Part shown: in pieces, positions 50,918-60,280 of the stretch
Layout of the letters: the number at the start of each line of letters is the position of its first letter
Position numbering within the stretch: the stretch's first letter is position 1
Assembly (NCBI GenBank): GCA_027365105.1
Contig: DAHXNZ010000008.1
Coordinates: 129 to 64,128 of the forward strand
Source: Thermoplasmata archaeon
GTDB taxonomy: Archaea; Thermoplasmatota; Thermoplasmata; Lutacidiplasmatales; UBA184
DNA: 64,000 bases
Reading direction: 5' to 3'
The notes under the pieces: generated by a model
The model's database searches: none
What the model was told of the DNA's origin: nothing
The model's input: only the letters and a program-made list of their open reading frames with translations
Made by a program: the position numbers and the translations under genes

Positions 50918-51622
50918 ATGGCCACCCTGCCGACCCGACCAATCCGGATCGCCCCTTCGCTGCTGAGCGCCGACTTCGCCAATCTCGGAGGCGCCATCCG
51001 GGAGGCGGAGGCGGCGGGGGTCCAGGGTTTCCACCTGGATGTGATGGACGGACACTTCGTCCCGAACATCTCCTTCGGCCCGGCCCTGGTCGCGGCCGTT
51101 CGCCGCCGCACCCGGCTGCCGTTGGACATCCATCTCATGGTCGAGCGCCCCGAACGGTTCCTCGAGCCGTTCCGGCGGGCGGGGGGAACCCGGTTCACCT
51201 TCCACGTCGAGGCGACCTCCGAACCGGTGGAGCTGGCGCGATCGATCCGGGCCTTGGGGGGGGAGGCCGGCGCGGCCCTCCGGCCGGAGACCCCGATCGC
51301 CCGGGTCGGGCCTTGGATCCGGGAGGTCGACGCCCTGCTCGTGATGACGGTGAACCCGGGGTTTTCCGGGCAAAAGTTCCTGCCGGAGGGCCTTGCCAAG
51401 ATCCGGGAGGCCCGGGCGGTGTCCGATCGGGCCGGCGGTCGGGTCGACATCGGTGTCGACGGCGGGATCACGCCCGAAACGGGTCGGGATGCGGCCCGGG
51501 CCGGGGGCACGTTCTTCGTCTGCGGGAATGCGGCCTTCGAAGGGGGAGAGATTGCGGCGAACCTGGCCCGACTCCGACAGGCGATCCGCCAGGGGGTCGA
51601 GGAGCGACATGCTCTACCGTAA
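50918..51622 (+). CDS. rpe: ribulose-phosphate 3-epimerase
   Basis: IAPSLLSADF, HLDVMDGHFVPN, MTVNPGFSGQ and VDGGI motifs. Confidence 0.95.
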   Translation: MATLPTRPIRIAPSLLSADFANLGGAIREAEAAGVQGFHLDVMDGHFVPNISFGPALVAAVRRRTRLPLDIHLMVERPERFLEPFRRAGGTRFTFHVEATSEPVELARSIRALGGEAGAALRPETPIARVGPWIREVDALLVMTVNPGFSGQKFLPEGLAKIREARAVSDRAGGRVDIGVDGGITPETGRDAARAGGTFFVCGNAAFEGGEIAANLARLRQAIRQGVEERHALP

Positions 51623-53390
51623 CCTGGTGGCGGTCTACGAGCAGCTGGAGGGCACCCGGCAGCACTCGGATGTTCGGCAGCTCCTGACCGAGTTATTCCG
51701 GTCCGCGCCGACGAACCTTCTCCCGAGCATCCTCTACCTTTCCCAAGGGCTCCTGCGACCCGAGTTCGAGGGAGTCGAGCTGGGCGTCGGGGGGGCCCTG
51801 GCCCGCAAGGCGGTGGCGCAATCGGCCGGCGTCGACGACCACCAGGTCCATCGGGAGGTGTCCGTCTCCGGTGACCTCGGAATCACCGCGGAGCGACTGC
51901 GCTCGGGACAGCGCCGGCTCGAACCGCTCGAGCCGCTGGAGATCGAGGAGGTCTACGCGGGATTGATGGCAATCGCTGCGGCCCGAGGCAGCGGAGCGCA
52001 GGAGGAACGGCTGCGACGGCTCACCGGGCTTCTCGCCCGCGCCGGGCCGGTCGAAGCACGCTACCTGATCCGATTCGTACTGGGCAGCCTGCGCATCGGG
52101 ATCCGGGAGATGACCCTGATCGACGCCCTGGCCCATGCCTTTGGCGACGGATCGAAGGCCGCCCGGGCCCGGATTGAGAGAGCCTTCAATCTCTGCAGCG
52201 ACCTCGGATGGATCGCCGAGGAGCTGAGCCGGCATGGCCTCGACGCGCTCGATGCCGTGACGATCCAGGTCGGCCGGCCGATCCGGCCGATGCTCGCCGA
52301 ACGGGCGCGGAGCCTCTCCGAGGCGCTGCACCGGATGCACGGGACGGCCGCGCTGGAGTTCAAATACGACGGGCTTCGGGTCCAGGCCCATGTGGCCCGC
52401 GACGGCTCCGTTCGGCTCTTTTCCCGGCGGCTCGAACGGATCGAGGCCCAGTTCCCCGACCTGGTGGATGCGCTTCCGGCGGCCGTACGGCACCGGCCCG
52501 CCGTCCTGGAGGGGGAGTGTGTCCCCATCGACCCGGACACCGACGAGATCCGGCCGTTCCAGGAGATCTCCCGACGGCGGGGAAGGATCTACGACCTCGA
52601 CCGGCTCCGGTCGGAGGTCCCGGTCTGCTTCTTCCTCTTCGATCTGCTGCTCGACGGGACCGAACCGACCCTCGACCGCCCGTTCCCGGAGCGACGGGAG
52701 CGGCTCGAGGCGGCGGTGACCCCGGGCCCCTCGGTTCGCCTGGCGCGGCAGCTGAGGGTCGATTCCGCTGAACCGGCCCGGGACTTCTTCGACCTGGCCT
52801 TAGCGGAAGGAGCCGAAGGGATCATGGTGAAGTCCCTAGCCCCCGAGAGCACCTACCGGGCCGGGGCGAGGGGGTTCTGGTGGATCAAGTACAAGAAGGA
52901 GTACGCCGAAGGGCTCTCCGACTCCCTCGACGGGGTCGTGGTCGGGGCGTTCCATGGTCGGGGTCGCCGGGCGGGCCGGTTCGGGGCGTTCCTCCTCGCG
53001 TGTTACAATCCGGAACGCGACGCGTTCGAGTCGTTCTGCAAGGTGGGGACCGGCTTCGACGATGCGGCCCTCGCGGAGATGCCGCGACGCCTGGAGCCGT
53101 GGGCCAGCGACGCCCGCCCCGCGAAGGTCGATACCGGGCTCGAGCCGGATCGATGGTTCCGGCCCGGCCTCGTCCTCGAGGTCCGAGGGGCCGAACTGAC
53201 CCTGAGCCCGGTCCACCGCGCCGACTTCGGGGCGATCCGGCCCGGCAGCGGCTTCGCGCTCCGGTTCCCGCGCTTCACGGGTCGCATCCGGGAGGAAAAG
53301 GCCCCGACAGATGCCACCTCCAGCGGCGAACTGCGCCGGATGTACCGTCAGCAGGTTCGCCAGAGCCCCGCCGCCTCCGGCCCCGCCTGA
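51609..53390 (+). CDS. lig: ATP-dependent DNA ligase
   Basis: PMLAER, EFKYDGLR, LEGE, EGIMVK, WIKYKKEY and LRFPRF motifs. Confidence 0.96.
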   Translation: MLYRNLVAVYEQLEGTRQHSDVRQLLTELFRSAPTNLLPSILYLSQGLLRPEFEGVELGVGGALARKAVAQSAGVDDHQVHREVSVSGDLGITAERLRSGQRRLEPLEPLEIEEVYAGLMAIAAARGSGAQEERLRRLTGLLARAGPVEARYLIRFVLGSLRIGIREMTLIDALAHAFGDGSKAARARIERAFNLCSDLGWIAEELSRHGLDALDAVTIQVGRPIRPMLAERARSLSEALHRMHGTAALEFKYDGLRVQAHVARDGSVRLFSRRLERIEAQFPDLVDALPAAVRHRPAVLEGECVPIDPDTDEIRPFQEISRRRGRIYDLDRLRSEVPVCFFLFDLLLDGTEPTLDRPFPERRERLEAAVTPGPSVRLARQLRVDSAEPARDFFDLALAEGAEGIMVKSLAPESTYRAGARGFWWIKYKKEYAEGLSDSLDGVVVGAFHGRGRRAGRFGAFLLACYNPERDAFESFCKVGTGFDDAALAEMPRRLEPWASDARPAKVDTGLEPDRWFRPGLVLEVRGAELTLSPVHRADFGAIRPGSGFALRFPRFTGRIREEKAPTDATSSGELRRMYRQQVRQSPAASGPA

Positions 53391-53472
53391 GGCTCCTCGG
53401 GTCGGCCGGGCCGGCTGCCCCTCCGCCCAAAGGCATATGAAGGCGGCCGCGCGTCCACCGATAGGGAATCCG

Positions 53473-53778
53473 ATGCTCGTCGAAATGACCGAATACCTGG
53501 GACGACAGATCTATACCCCCGACGGACGCCTCCTGGGCGAGGTGGACAACGTCGTCGTCGATGTGGACGGCGCCAAGATCGAGGGGCTCTACGTCGATGA
53601 GACAGCGGCGGTCCTCGTCGAGGAATCCCGACCCGTCAGCGTCCCCTACCGTTGGGTGAGTGCCGTGAACGATGTGATCCTGCTCAAGTACTTCCCTCAG
53701 CGCGTTTCGCTCAAGAAGGGGACGCCCCGGGCGGACGAGGAGCCCGACGCGGAACCGACGCCGACGGCCGCCCGTTAG
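53473..53778 (+). CDS. PRC-barrel domain protein
   Basis: G.QIYT.DG..LGEV.NVVVD and VPYRWV.AV.DVILL motifs. Confidence 0.85.
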   Translation: MLVEMTEYLGRQIYTPDGRLLGEVDNVVVDVDGAKIEGLYVDETAAVLVEESRPVSVPYRWVSAVNDVILLKYFPQRVSLKKGTPRADEEPDAEPTPTAAR

Positions 53779-53781
53779 GGC

Positions 53782-53898
53782 GCGGGGATAGCCAAGCCGG
53801 GCAACGGCGCAGGACTTAAACGCCGGAGGTCGCCAGCGACCCCGTGCCGAGAGATCCTGTCGCGAAGGCGTTCGCCGGTTCGAATCCGGCTCCCCGCA
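53782..53898 (+). tRNA. tRNA-Leu(TAA) with a 33-nt intron at 37/38 (53821-53853)
   Basis: Acceptor stem GCGGGGA/TCCCCGC, anticodon stem CAGGA/TCCTG, long variable arm, GCCGG-TTCGAAT-CCGGC, discriminator A; BHB-like fold. Confidence 0.92.
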
Positions 53899-53942
53899 AC
53901 GGATTCGAGCGGGTCCCGGGGGTCGCTCCGGCGCAGCGCCCG

Positions 53943-54539
53943 TTGGTCCTCCGGTTGGCGAAACTGCCCGGACTGCCGCGCCCGGACCCTTCGCTGGAAC
54001 AGGTGCCGACCCCGCCCGAACGGGCGGCGGAGCTCCTCCTCGCCGCGTGGCATCGAGGCGACATCGAAGGACGATCGGTCGCCGATCTGGGGTCCGGGAC
54101 CGGGGTCCTGGCGCTGGGAGCGGCCCTCCTGGGGGCCGGCCGGGTCGAAGGGTGGGAGGTCGATCCGACGGCGGTCGAGATCGCCCGTCAATGGGCGGTC
54201 CGGTGGACCCTGCCGGCCGAGTTCCATGCCGCCGAGGTCCGGGAGGCGAGCGGCCCGGCCGACACGGTCGTCATGAATCCCCCGTTCGGCGCCCAACGGG
54301 CCGGTGCGGACCGGGAGTTCTGGACGGCGGCGTTCCGGCTCCGGCCCCGGCGGGTCTACGCCTTCGCGCTCACCGCGTCGCGAAGCTTTATAGCTCGCAG
54401 AGCCAATGAAGCCGACGCCCGCATCGTCGATCTCCACCCGGTGCCGTGGGAGCTTCCGGCATTGTTCCCGCACCATCGGGCCCCCTCGCGGTCCCTGAAG
54501 GTCGATCTGTGGGTGCTGGAGCAGAGAGCATCCCCATGA
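53943..54539 (+). CDS. METTL5-like putative RNA methyltransferase
   Basis: LEQ.PTP, DLGSGTG.L, VMNPPFG and HH motifs; start uncertain (TTG chosen). Confidence 0.85.
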   Translation: MVLRLAKLPGLPRPDPSLEQVPTPPERAAELLLAAWHRGDIEGRSVADLGSGTGVLALGAALLGAGRVEGWEVDPTAVEIARQWAVRWTLPAEFHAAEVREASGPADTVVMNPPFGAQRAGADREFWTAAFRLRPRRVYAFALTASRSFIARRANEADARIVDLHPVPWELPALFPHHRAPSRSLKVDLWVLEQRASP

Positions 54540-55138
54540 GCGGTTCCCCCGAGTCCCCGAAGCTGGTCATTCCCGGAGAGTACCTGGGCGCCGCCGAGGA
54601 GTTTGTCCCCGGCCGCGGAACCTACGAAGATTCGGGCCGGATCTACGCGTCGATCCTGGGGATCTCCCATGTCGACCCGGCGGACCGGAGCGTCCACGTT
54701 GTCCCGCGCAACGGCATCCCCCAGATCTCGGACGGGGATCTGGTCTACGCCCGGGTCGACGAACTCAAGTCGGCGATGGCGATCTGCACGGTCCTCGCGA
54801 CGGCGGGGAGCCGTCGGCCGGTGCCCGGCGATCCCGAGGGGACCGTCCACATCTCGAAGGCGCGGGAGGGATACACCGAGTCGCTCGGGAGCGAGTTTGC
54901 GGTCGGGGACATCCTGCTGGCCCGGGTCCTCCAGTCGACCCCGTCGGTGAAACTCACGACGGCGCCCGCCAATCTGGGGGTCATCTCGGCCCGCTGCCAG
55001 GTCTGTCACGGGTTGATGGGCCGCCAGGCGGATCAGTTCGAGTGCCCGAGATGCGGCCACCGGGAGCATCGCAAGATGGCGCAGGGCCAGCCCCTCCTCC
55101 TCCTCCCGGGCGAAGCTACGCTTCATGGTGACGCGTAG
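54536..55138 (+). CDS. csl4: exosome component Csl4
   Basis: PGEYLG..EEF..G.G, S1 domain, LGVI.A.C..C and CPRC...E.RK motifs. Confidence 0.93.
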   Translation: MSGSPESPKLVIPGEYLGAAEEFVPGRGTYEDSGRIYASILGISHVDPADRSVHVVPRNGIPQISDGDLVYARVDELKSAMAICTVLATAGSRRPVPGDPEGTVHISKAREGYTESLGSEFAVGDILLARVLQSTPSVKLTTAPANLGVISARCQVCHGLMGRQADQFECPRCGHREHRKMAQGQPLLLLPGEATLHGDA

Positions 55139-56354
55139 CCCCGACGAGCGGGCCCTGGCGCGCTGGGTGCGCGCCCACAACCGTTGGCGGGGGCGGGAGG
55201 TCTTCAACCTGCTCCCGAGCGAGAACGCCGTCTCCCCCACCGCGAAGCGTTACCTGGCCAGCGACCTGGCGGGCCGCTACACGCTGCCGATCTCGACCAC
55301 CTTCCACGGCGAGGCGATCGACAACAGTTATGCCGGCACCCGCTACACCGATCGGATCGAGGAACTGGGGAACCGGGCCGCCGCCCGACTCTTCCACGGG
55401 CGGTTCGCCACGGTGCGCCCCCTCTCCGGGCACATCGCGGCGCTTTCGGCGATGGCGCCGCTGCTTCCCTCGGGATCAAAAATTCTCGCGATTCCACCGG
55501 AGCAGGGTGGGTACGACGGGTACGCCCCCGGTTTCATCCCGGCACTGTTCCAGTGGGAGGTCAAACCGCTACCGGCCGGCGGACCGGGCGGTTCCGTGCG
55601 CCTCGAACCGGCCCTGCAGATGATCCGGCAGGAGCGCCCCGACGCGGTACTGCTGGGGCAGAGCTTCTTTCTCTTTCCGTACCCGGTCCGGGAAATTGCC
55701 GAGGAAGTGCACCGGTCCGGCGGTCTTCTCTTCTACGACGCCTCCCATGTCCTCGGGCTCATCGCCGGGGGGCTCTTCCAGGATCCGATCCGGGAAGGGG
55801 CGGACCTCCTCTTCGGAAGCACGCACAAGTCGTTCTTCGGGCCCCAGGGCGGGCTCCTGGTGACCGACCGGGAGGAGCTCTTCCAGCGGATTGACCCGGC
55901 CCTGGTCTGGAGGATCTTCGACAATGCCCACTGGAACCGCATCGCGGCCCTGACCCAGACCCTGTTGGAGTTCGAACGGGTGGGGGCAGAGTACGCCCGG
56001 ACGGTCGTGGAGAGCAGCCAACGGCTCGGCCATGAGCTCTCCGATCTCGGCTGGCCGATGGTGGCCGAGGCCCAGGGGTTTTCCCGGTCCCACCAGATCC
56101 ACCTGGATCTTAGCCGGTTCCGCGAACGGTTCGGCTGCGGTCCGGGCGAACTGGCCCGAAGGCTCGAACCCCAGGGTCTGATCCTGGACCTCGTCGGCCG
56201 ACTCGGAACGGCCGAGATCAGCCGTCTCGGAGTTCTTCCCGACGAAATGGGGCGGCTGGCCCGGCTCCTCAAGTCGGGAGGGATCGACCGTCGGGACATC
56301 CGCGCCGAGGTTCGGCAGTGGCGGTCGGAGTACCCGACCCTGCGGTTCGAGTGA
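55125..56354 (+). CDS. glyA: serine hydroxymethyltransferase
   Basis: NLLPSEN, RPLSG, YDASH.LGLIAG and STHKSFFGPQGG motifs. Confidence 0.9.
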   Translation: MVTRSPDERALARWVRAHNRWRGREVFNLLPSENAVSPTAKRYLASDLAGRYTLPISTTFHGEAIDNSYAGTRYTDRIEELGNRAAARLFHGRFATVRPLSGHIAALSAMAPLLPSGSKILAIPPEQGGYDGYAPGFIPALFQWEVKPLPAGGPGGSVRLEPALQMIRQERPDAVLLGQSFFLFPYPVREIAEEVHRSGGLLFYDASHVLGLIAGGLFQDPIREGADLLFGSTHKSFFGPQGGLLVTDREELFQRIDPALVWRIFDNAHWNRIAALTQTLLEFERVGAEYARTVVESSQRLGHELSDLGWPMVAEAQGFSRSHQIHLDLSRFRERFGCGPGELARRLEPQGLILDLVGRLGTAEISRLGVLPDEMGRLARLLKSGGIDRRDIRAEVRQWRSEYPTLRFE

Positions 56355-56441
56355 CCTGGTACCGGCGACTCCCAACTCCGCCCCCCAGGGGGCACCCTGC
56401 ACGACCCCGACCCGCGTGTGACCCAGAGAACCCACGGGCTC

Positions 56442-56510
56442 AAGAAAGAAACAGAAAGAAAAAGGGGGAAGGGAAAGGGTTAGGTCGGTGGAGAGGTCCC
56501 CTCCACCGAC
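56442..56510 (-). terminator. hairpin + CTAACCCTTTCC + pyrimidine tract after the thermopsin gene
   Basis: Perfect 10-bp stem (56484-56493/56501-56510) followed on the minus strand by a long U/C tract. Confidence 0.75.
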
Positions 56511-56533
56511 AGGGGCTCGCTGGCTCTACTCCC

Positions 56534-59500
56534 CTACGAGCTGATCCCGTGCTCCGTCTTGGCGTGTTCCTTCAGTTCCTCAGGGGTGGCGAAAGACCGG
56601 TTGCAGACGTTGCACTGGTTCGCCGGCGCGGTGCTCGACTGCTGCTGCCAGGCCTGGGCCGGAGTGCTCTTCGGGGTCGCCATCATCGAGCGCGCCAGAA
56701 GGAGCGCCACGATCATGCCGATGATCAGACCAACCACCAGCAGGATGGTTCCCGAGGAGCCGGCGTTGAGTCCCTTGAACAGCGAGCCGTTGCTGTAGAC
56801 TGTGGTGTTCTGGTAGACCGTTCCGCCCGACGAGACCACCGTCAGGTCACCGTGGATGCTCATGGTCCCGTAGCTGGTCACCAAGGTCAGCACCCAGGGG
56901 TAGACACCGGCGTTGGCAGCGTACCAGACCGCCGTCGTCGGAACGGTCGGGCTGGCCCAGGCCAAGCTCGAATTGAACAGGACCACCGTCGTGGTCGGCG
57001 CCGACACCACGATCTCCACGCTTTGGACGTACTGAGCCGTATAGTACGCCGTGAACGAGATGTTTCCGGTCGACATGCTCGTACTGGGGCTCAGCAGGGC
57101 GAGCGCGAGCGGGCTGAAGATGATGGAGGTCGTCTGGCTAGTGGTGGTGTTCAACTCCCCAAAGACGCTCACATAGGTGGTGAGCTGGGCCGCGTGGAGG
57201 GTCAGGAGCGGGCAGTTCAGCAGCGCCTGGGTGCCGATCACGATCGGGGTCACCGCGAACGAGTAGGAGGTGATGCCGGGCGTGATCGAGGCGTTCTCCG
57301 ACGCGAAAGCACAGGTCGAACCGGTCAGACTGTCGCTGATCTGCATCCACAGGCTCACGTTCGCCTGGCTGATCCCGACTCCTACAACGCTGATGGTCAC
57401 GTTGTCGAAGAACGGCAGCATGGTATAGTTCCCGAGCACCGTGGTGGTGACAACGCTGGCATACCCATACGCCACGGACTGAGACGACGGGCCGCTGACG
57501 ACCAGCATCCCCGAGGAGATGTTGACCCCATAGCCGGGCACCGAGTCGATGGTGAACGGATAGGTCCCGTTCTCCTGATAGAGGACCAGCGAAGACGGTC
57601 CGGCCGAAGTCGTCCCGCTCGCACTCACGCCGTCCAGGGTGACCCCCCATCCAATACCCGCCGGAAGGCCGGTCTCGGTGAAGGTCACCGGTTCAAGCGG
57701 AAGGTAGGTCAGCGCCATTGCATCGCCTCCGTAGGTGATGAGTCCGCCATCGGTGTAAACCACGCCGAACGGGTTCGCCGGGGTTCCGTAGTTCGCCCAG
57801 AAATTTCCAGCGACCCCGAAGCCGCCCAGGATGTTCTCGACCGGGAAGACCGACGAGAGGTTCCAACTGTTGGTCGTGAAGAGGGCGAACGCACCCGTGT
57901 AGATGCTGAACGTCGGCATGATCGCGGGCTCCTGGTAGACGCCGAAGTAGTTGTTGATCACCTCAGTGCCGTTCTGGTCGAGGAGCATTCCCATCAACGG
58001 GAAGGTGTAGGGCGGGAAGTTGAGAGGGTTCGGGGCGCTCGGAGCGGAGCCGTTGATAAAGTTGTTTTCAACGAGGTCGTTGGTCCCGCCGAAGAGAATC
58101 AGCGCCTGGCTCTGGGTGTTGAAGGTGTTCCCATAGATGTAGTCCCCGGAAGAGTTCCAGAAGAGCACGTTCGAGTAGGTCGAGAAGAACGGCATGGAGT
58201 AGGCCTCGACGTAGTAGGAGGCCCAACCCGAAATCTGGTAACTGCCCGTCAACTCGAGGTTCTGGACCTCAAAGAACTGCATCTGGAGGTTGTTGGTTGC
58301 CGGGAAGCCGTAGATCTTCTGGTAGAAGAGCGCGTAGACTCCCGAGAACGGCGCGAGGTAAGAGAGCGCCGGAGCGGAGATGATCGTGTAGGCGGTGGTG
58401 TTCACGAAGAAGACCCCGTCAAAGACCGGGTAGGTGTAGTCGTTGACGACCCCGAAGGACGCGTTGAGCAGGCTGCCCTGGGAACTCGGCATCACATAGG
58501 GGCTGGTGGAAGTCCCGCTTCCCGAGACCGCAAGAGCGCCGAGCTGCGCGTTCGAGAACGCATAGAGCGGCGTGTAGACCTCAGTGTTGCTCACGAACAG
58601 GGTCACCGACAAGGTCGCCGGGATTCCCGCCGTCAGGGTGAACGTCCCGGAAGCCTGGCTGTAGCCGGACAGTTCCACGAGGTAGGAGTAGGTGCCCGGG
58701 TTGAGCAGGTAGGTCAGCGACGAAGTCGCACCGGCCACGACCACGCCGGTGGAGGCCGTCGGGGCCCACTGGGCATTCGAGGCATTGACCCCCGCCCCGT
58801 TGTTGACGAGGAAGAGGAACGCGTTGCTCGGGTCGAGCGTCACGGTGAGGGTCGTTGTCGTCTGAGGGGTGCCCCCGACCGCATTCGACACGTTCCAGAG
58901 CCCCTGCACGATCGACGCCCCGGCGTTGATCATCGCCTCGGGCATCCCGTTCGCACCGGTCTCCCAAGAGACCGCGGCACCGGCGACCGTCTCACCGGTC
59001 TCACCCCCGACATTGTAGGCCGAAGGTACTGACTGGTAGGAGGAGGTCGTGGTGTCCCAGTACATGAGCGACATGGTCGCATTGCCGGAGATGACGTTGG
59101 TGCTGCTGCCTCCACCGGGGCCGCCCATGATCATCTCGAAGTCGTTGGGCAGTCCGAGCGGGTTGTACCCGTACCCATCGGCCTGGTACATCGAGGCGGG
59201 AGCGGGGGTCCCGCCGGCCACCGTCGAGTTGAAGACGACGTAGTCGTAGGAGCCGCTGACCGTCTTGCCGGCGCTGTTGGTCACGGAGTAGTTGAAGAAG
59301 ACCGCGTTTCGCCCGCCGATCACTGTCGAATTGAGGTAGGAAGTCAGCGAGAACGGATAGGAGACCGTCATCGGAGCGGAGTAGGCGTAGTAGAACTGAG
59401 TCCCCACCTGGGTCCCGTTGGGCCCGTGAGCGTAGAAGACATTGGGCGAGAGGTAGCTCGCCGGGCTCGAGAAGTTCCAGACATTGTCCTCGAACTGGAG

Positions 59501-60130
59501 CTCGCCCGTGTTGATGTTGTAGGTGACCACATTCTGGGTCCAGAACTGGTAGCTGGCGCTACCAAAGAGTGACACACCGACGTCCACGGCATTCAGCTGA
59601 ACCCCGTAGAGCTGGGGGTTCGCCGTATCGAAGTAGAGCACCTGCAGGTTGCTCGGGGCAAAGGTTCCCGCAACGCTGGTGGTGTTCAGCATGTAGGGGG
59701 TGATCGTCCCGGAGTTGTTCTCCAGACCGAACTCACCGATACCCATCGGGGCCGGGCCGCCCTGGTAGGTGAGGCGCACATGGCCGTTGGCCAGCGTCGG
59801 GTTGAGGTTGTTGAAGTCCGGGAGGTAGACGGCACGTGCCGGAACGCCCAACGAAGCCGCGGTCTTCAGGATCTGCTCGGCCCGCCCGGAAAGGGTCGGG
59901 GCCTTGGTGTTCAAGGCGTGGGTGACGCTCGGGGCCGTCGAGGCCGTGGAGGGTGAGGGAACGGCCGGTCCCGCCGTCGCCCCGGAGGCGGAAGGGAGCG
60001 GCGCAGCCCCGATTCCGGCAACGGGAGTGACGCTGAACGCGGCGACCGACATGATCGCTACGACGGCCACAAGTCCGATCGTTAGCTTCTTCCACGCGCC
60101 CGGCGGTAGTCTATACATGGCGGCTCCCAT
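56534..60130 (-). CDS. membrane-anchored multidomain thermopsin (peptidase A5)
   Basis: Signal peptide; PAPMGIG, VQLNA, FWTQNV, DNVWNFS, GGPGGG and ETGE motifs; beta-helix-like region; VTFTETGLP repeat; C-terminal TM plus C2H2 finger. Confidence 0.85.
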   Translation of the reverse strand: MGAAMYRLPPGAWKKLTIGLVAVVAIMSVAAFSVTPVAGIGAAPLPSASGATAGPAVPSPSTASTAPSVTHALNTKAPTLSGRAEQILKTAASLGVPARAVYLPDFNNLNPTLANGHVRLTYQGGPAPMGIGEFGLENNSGTITPYMLNTTSVAGTFAPSNLQVLYFDTANPQLYGVQLNAVDVGVSLFGSASYQFWTQNVVTYNINTGELQFEDNVWNFSSPASYLSPNVFYAHGPNGTQVGTQFYYAYSAPMTVSYPFSLTSYLNSTVIGGRNAVFFNYSVTNSAGKTVSGSYDYVVFNSTVAGGTPAPASMYQADGYGYNPLGLPNDFEMIMGGPGGGSSTNVISGNATMSLMYWDTTTSSYQSVPSAYNVGGETGETVAGAAVSWETGANGMPEAMINAGASIVQGLWNVSNAVGGTPQTTTTLTVTLDPSNAFLFLVNNGAGVNASNAQWAPTASTGVVVAGATSSLTYLLNPGTYSYLVELSGYSQASGTFTLTAGIPATLSVTLFVSNTEVYTPLYAFSNAQLGALAVSGSGTSTSPYVMPSSQGSLLNASFGVVNDYTYPVFDGVFFVNTTAYTIISAPALSYLAPFSGVYALFYQKIYGFPATNNLQMQFFEVQNLELTGSYQISGWASYYVEAYSMPFFSTYSNVLFWNSSGDYIYGNTFNTQSQALILFGGTNDLVENNFINGSAPSAPNPLNFPPYTFPLMGMLLDQNGTEVINNYFGVYQEPAIMPTFSIYTGAFALFTTNSWNLSSVFPVENILGGFGVAGNFWANYGTPANPFGVVYTDGGLITYGGDAMALTYLPLEPVTFTETGLPAGIGWGVTLDGVSASGTTSAGPSSLVLYQENGTYPFTIDSVPGYGVNISSGMLVVSGPSSQSVAYGYASVVTTTVLGNYTMLPFFDNVTISVVGVGISQANVSLWMQISDSLTGSTCAFASENASITPGITSYSFAVTPIVIGTQALLNCPLLTLHAAQLTTYVSVFGELNTTTSQTTSIIFSPLALALLSPSTSMSTGNISFTAYYTAQYVQSVEIVVSAPTTTVVLFNSSLAWASPTVPTTAVWYAANAGVYPWVLTLVTSYGTMSIHGDLTVVSSGGTVYQNTTVYSNGSLFKGLNAGSSGTILLVVGLIIGMIVALLLARSMMATPKSTPAQAWQQQSSTAPANQCNVCNRSFATPEELKEHAKTEHGISS

Positions 60131-60280
60131 GAGACGCCCCCTTTTTAGGCTTTTCGCCCATTCGCTGTCCGAGTTCGACCCCCGGGACCAATCGGTTCTA
60201 CCGATAGGGAACCAGCCAAGGCAGGCTGTATAACACCACGAAGGGCTTATAGTGTCCTGGGAGAGCGCGAAGCTGTCGAC

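Noticed and set aside
47740..60130. Lower-GC SBP and thermopsin genes as horizontally acquired islands
   Set aside because: The composition is explained by Thr/Asn/Tyr/Ser-rich secreted proteins; third codon positions remain GC-rich and no mobility genes or att sites were seen
60169..60190. tRNA-like fragment CCGAG-TTCGACC-CCCGG..ACCA
   Set aside because: Mismatched T-stem and no acceptor, D or anticodon arms
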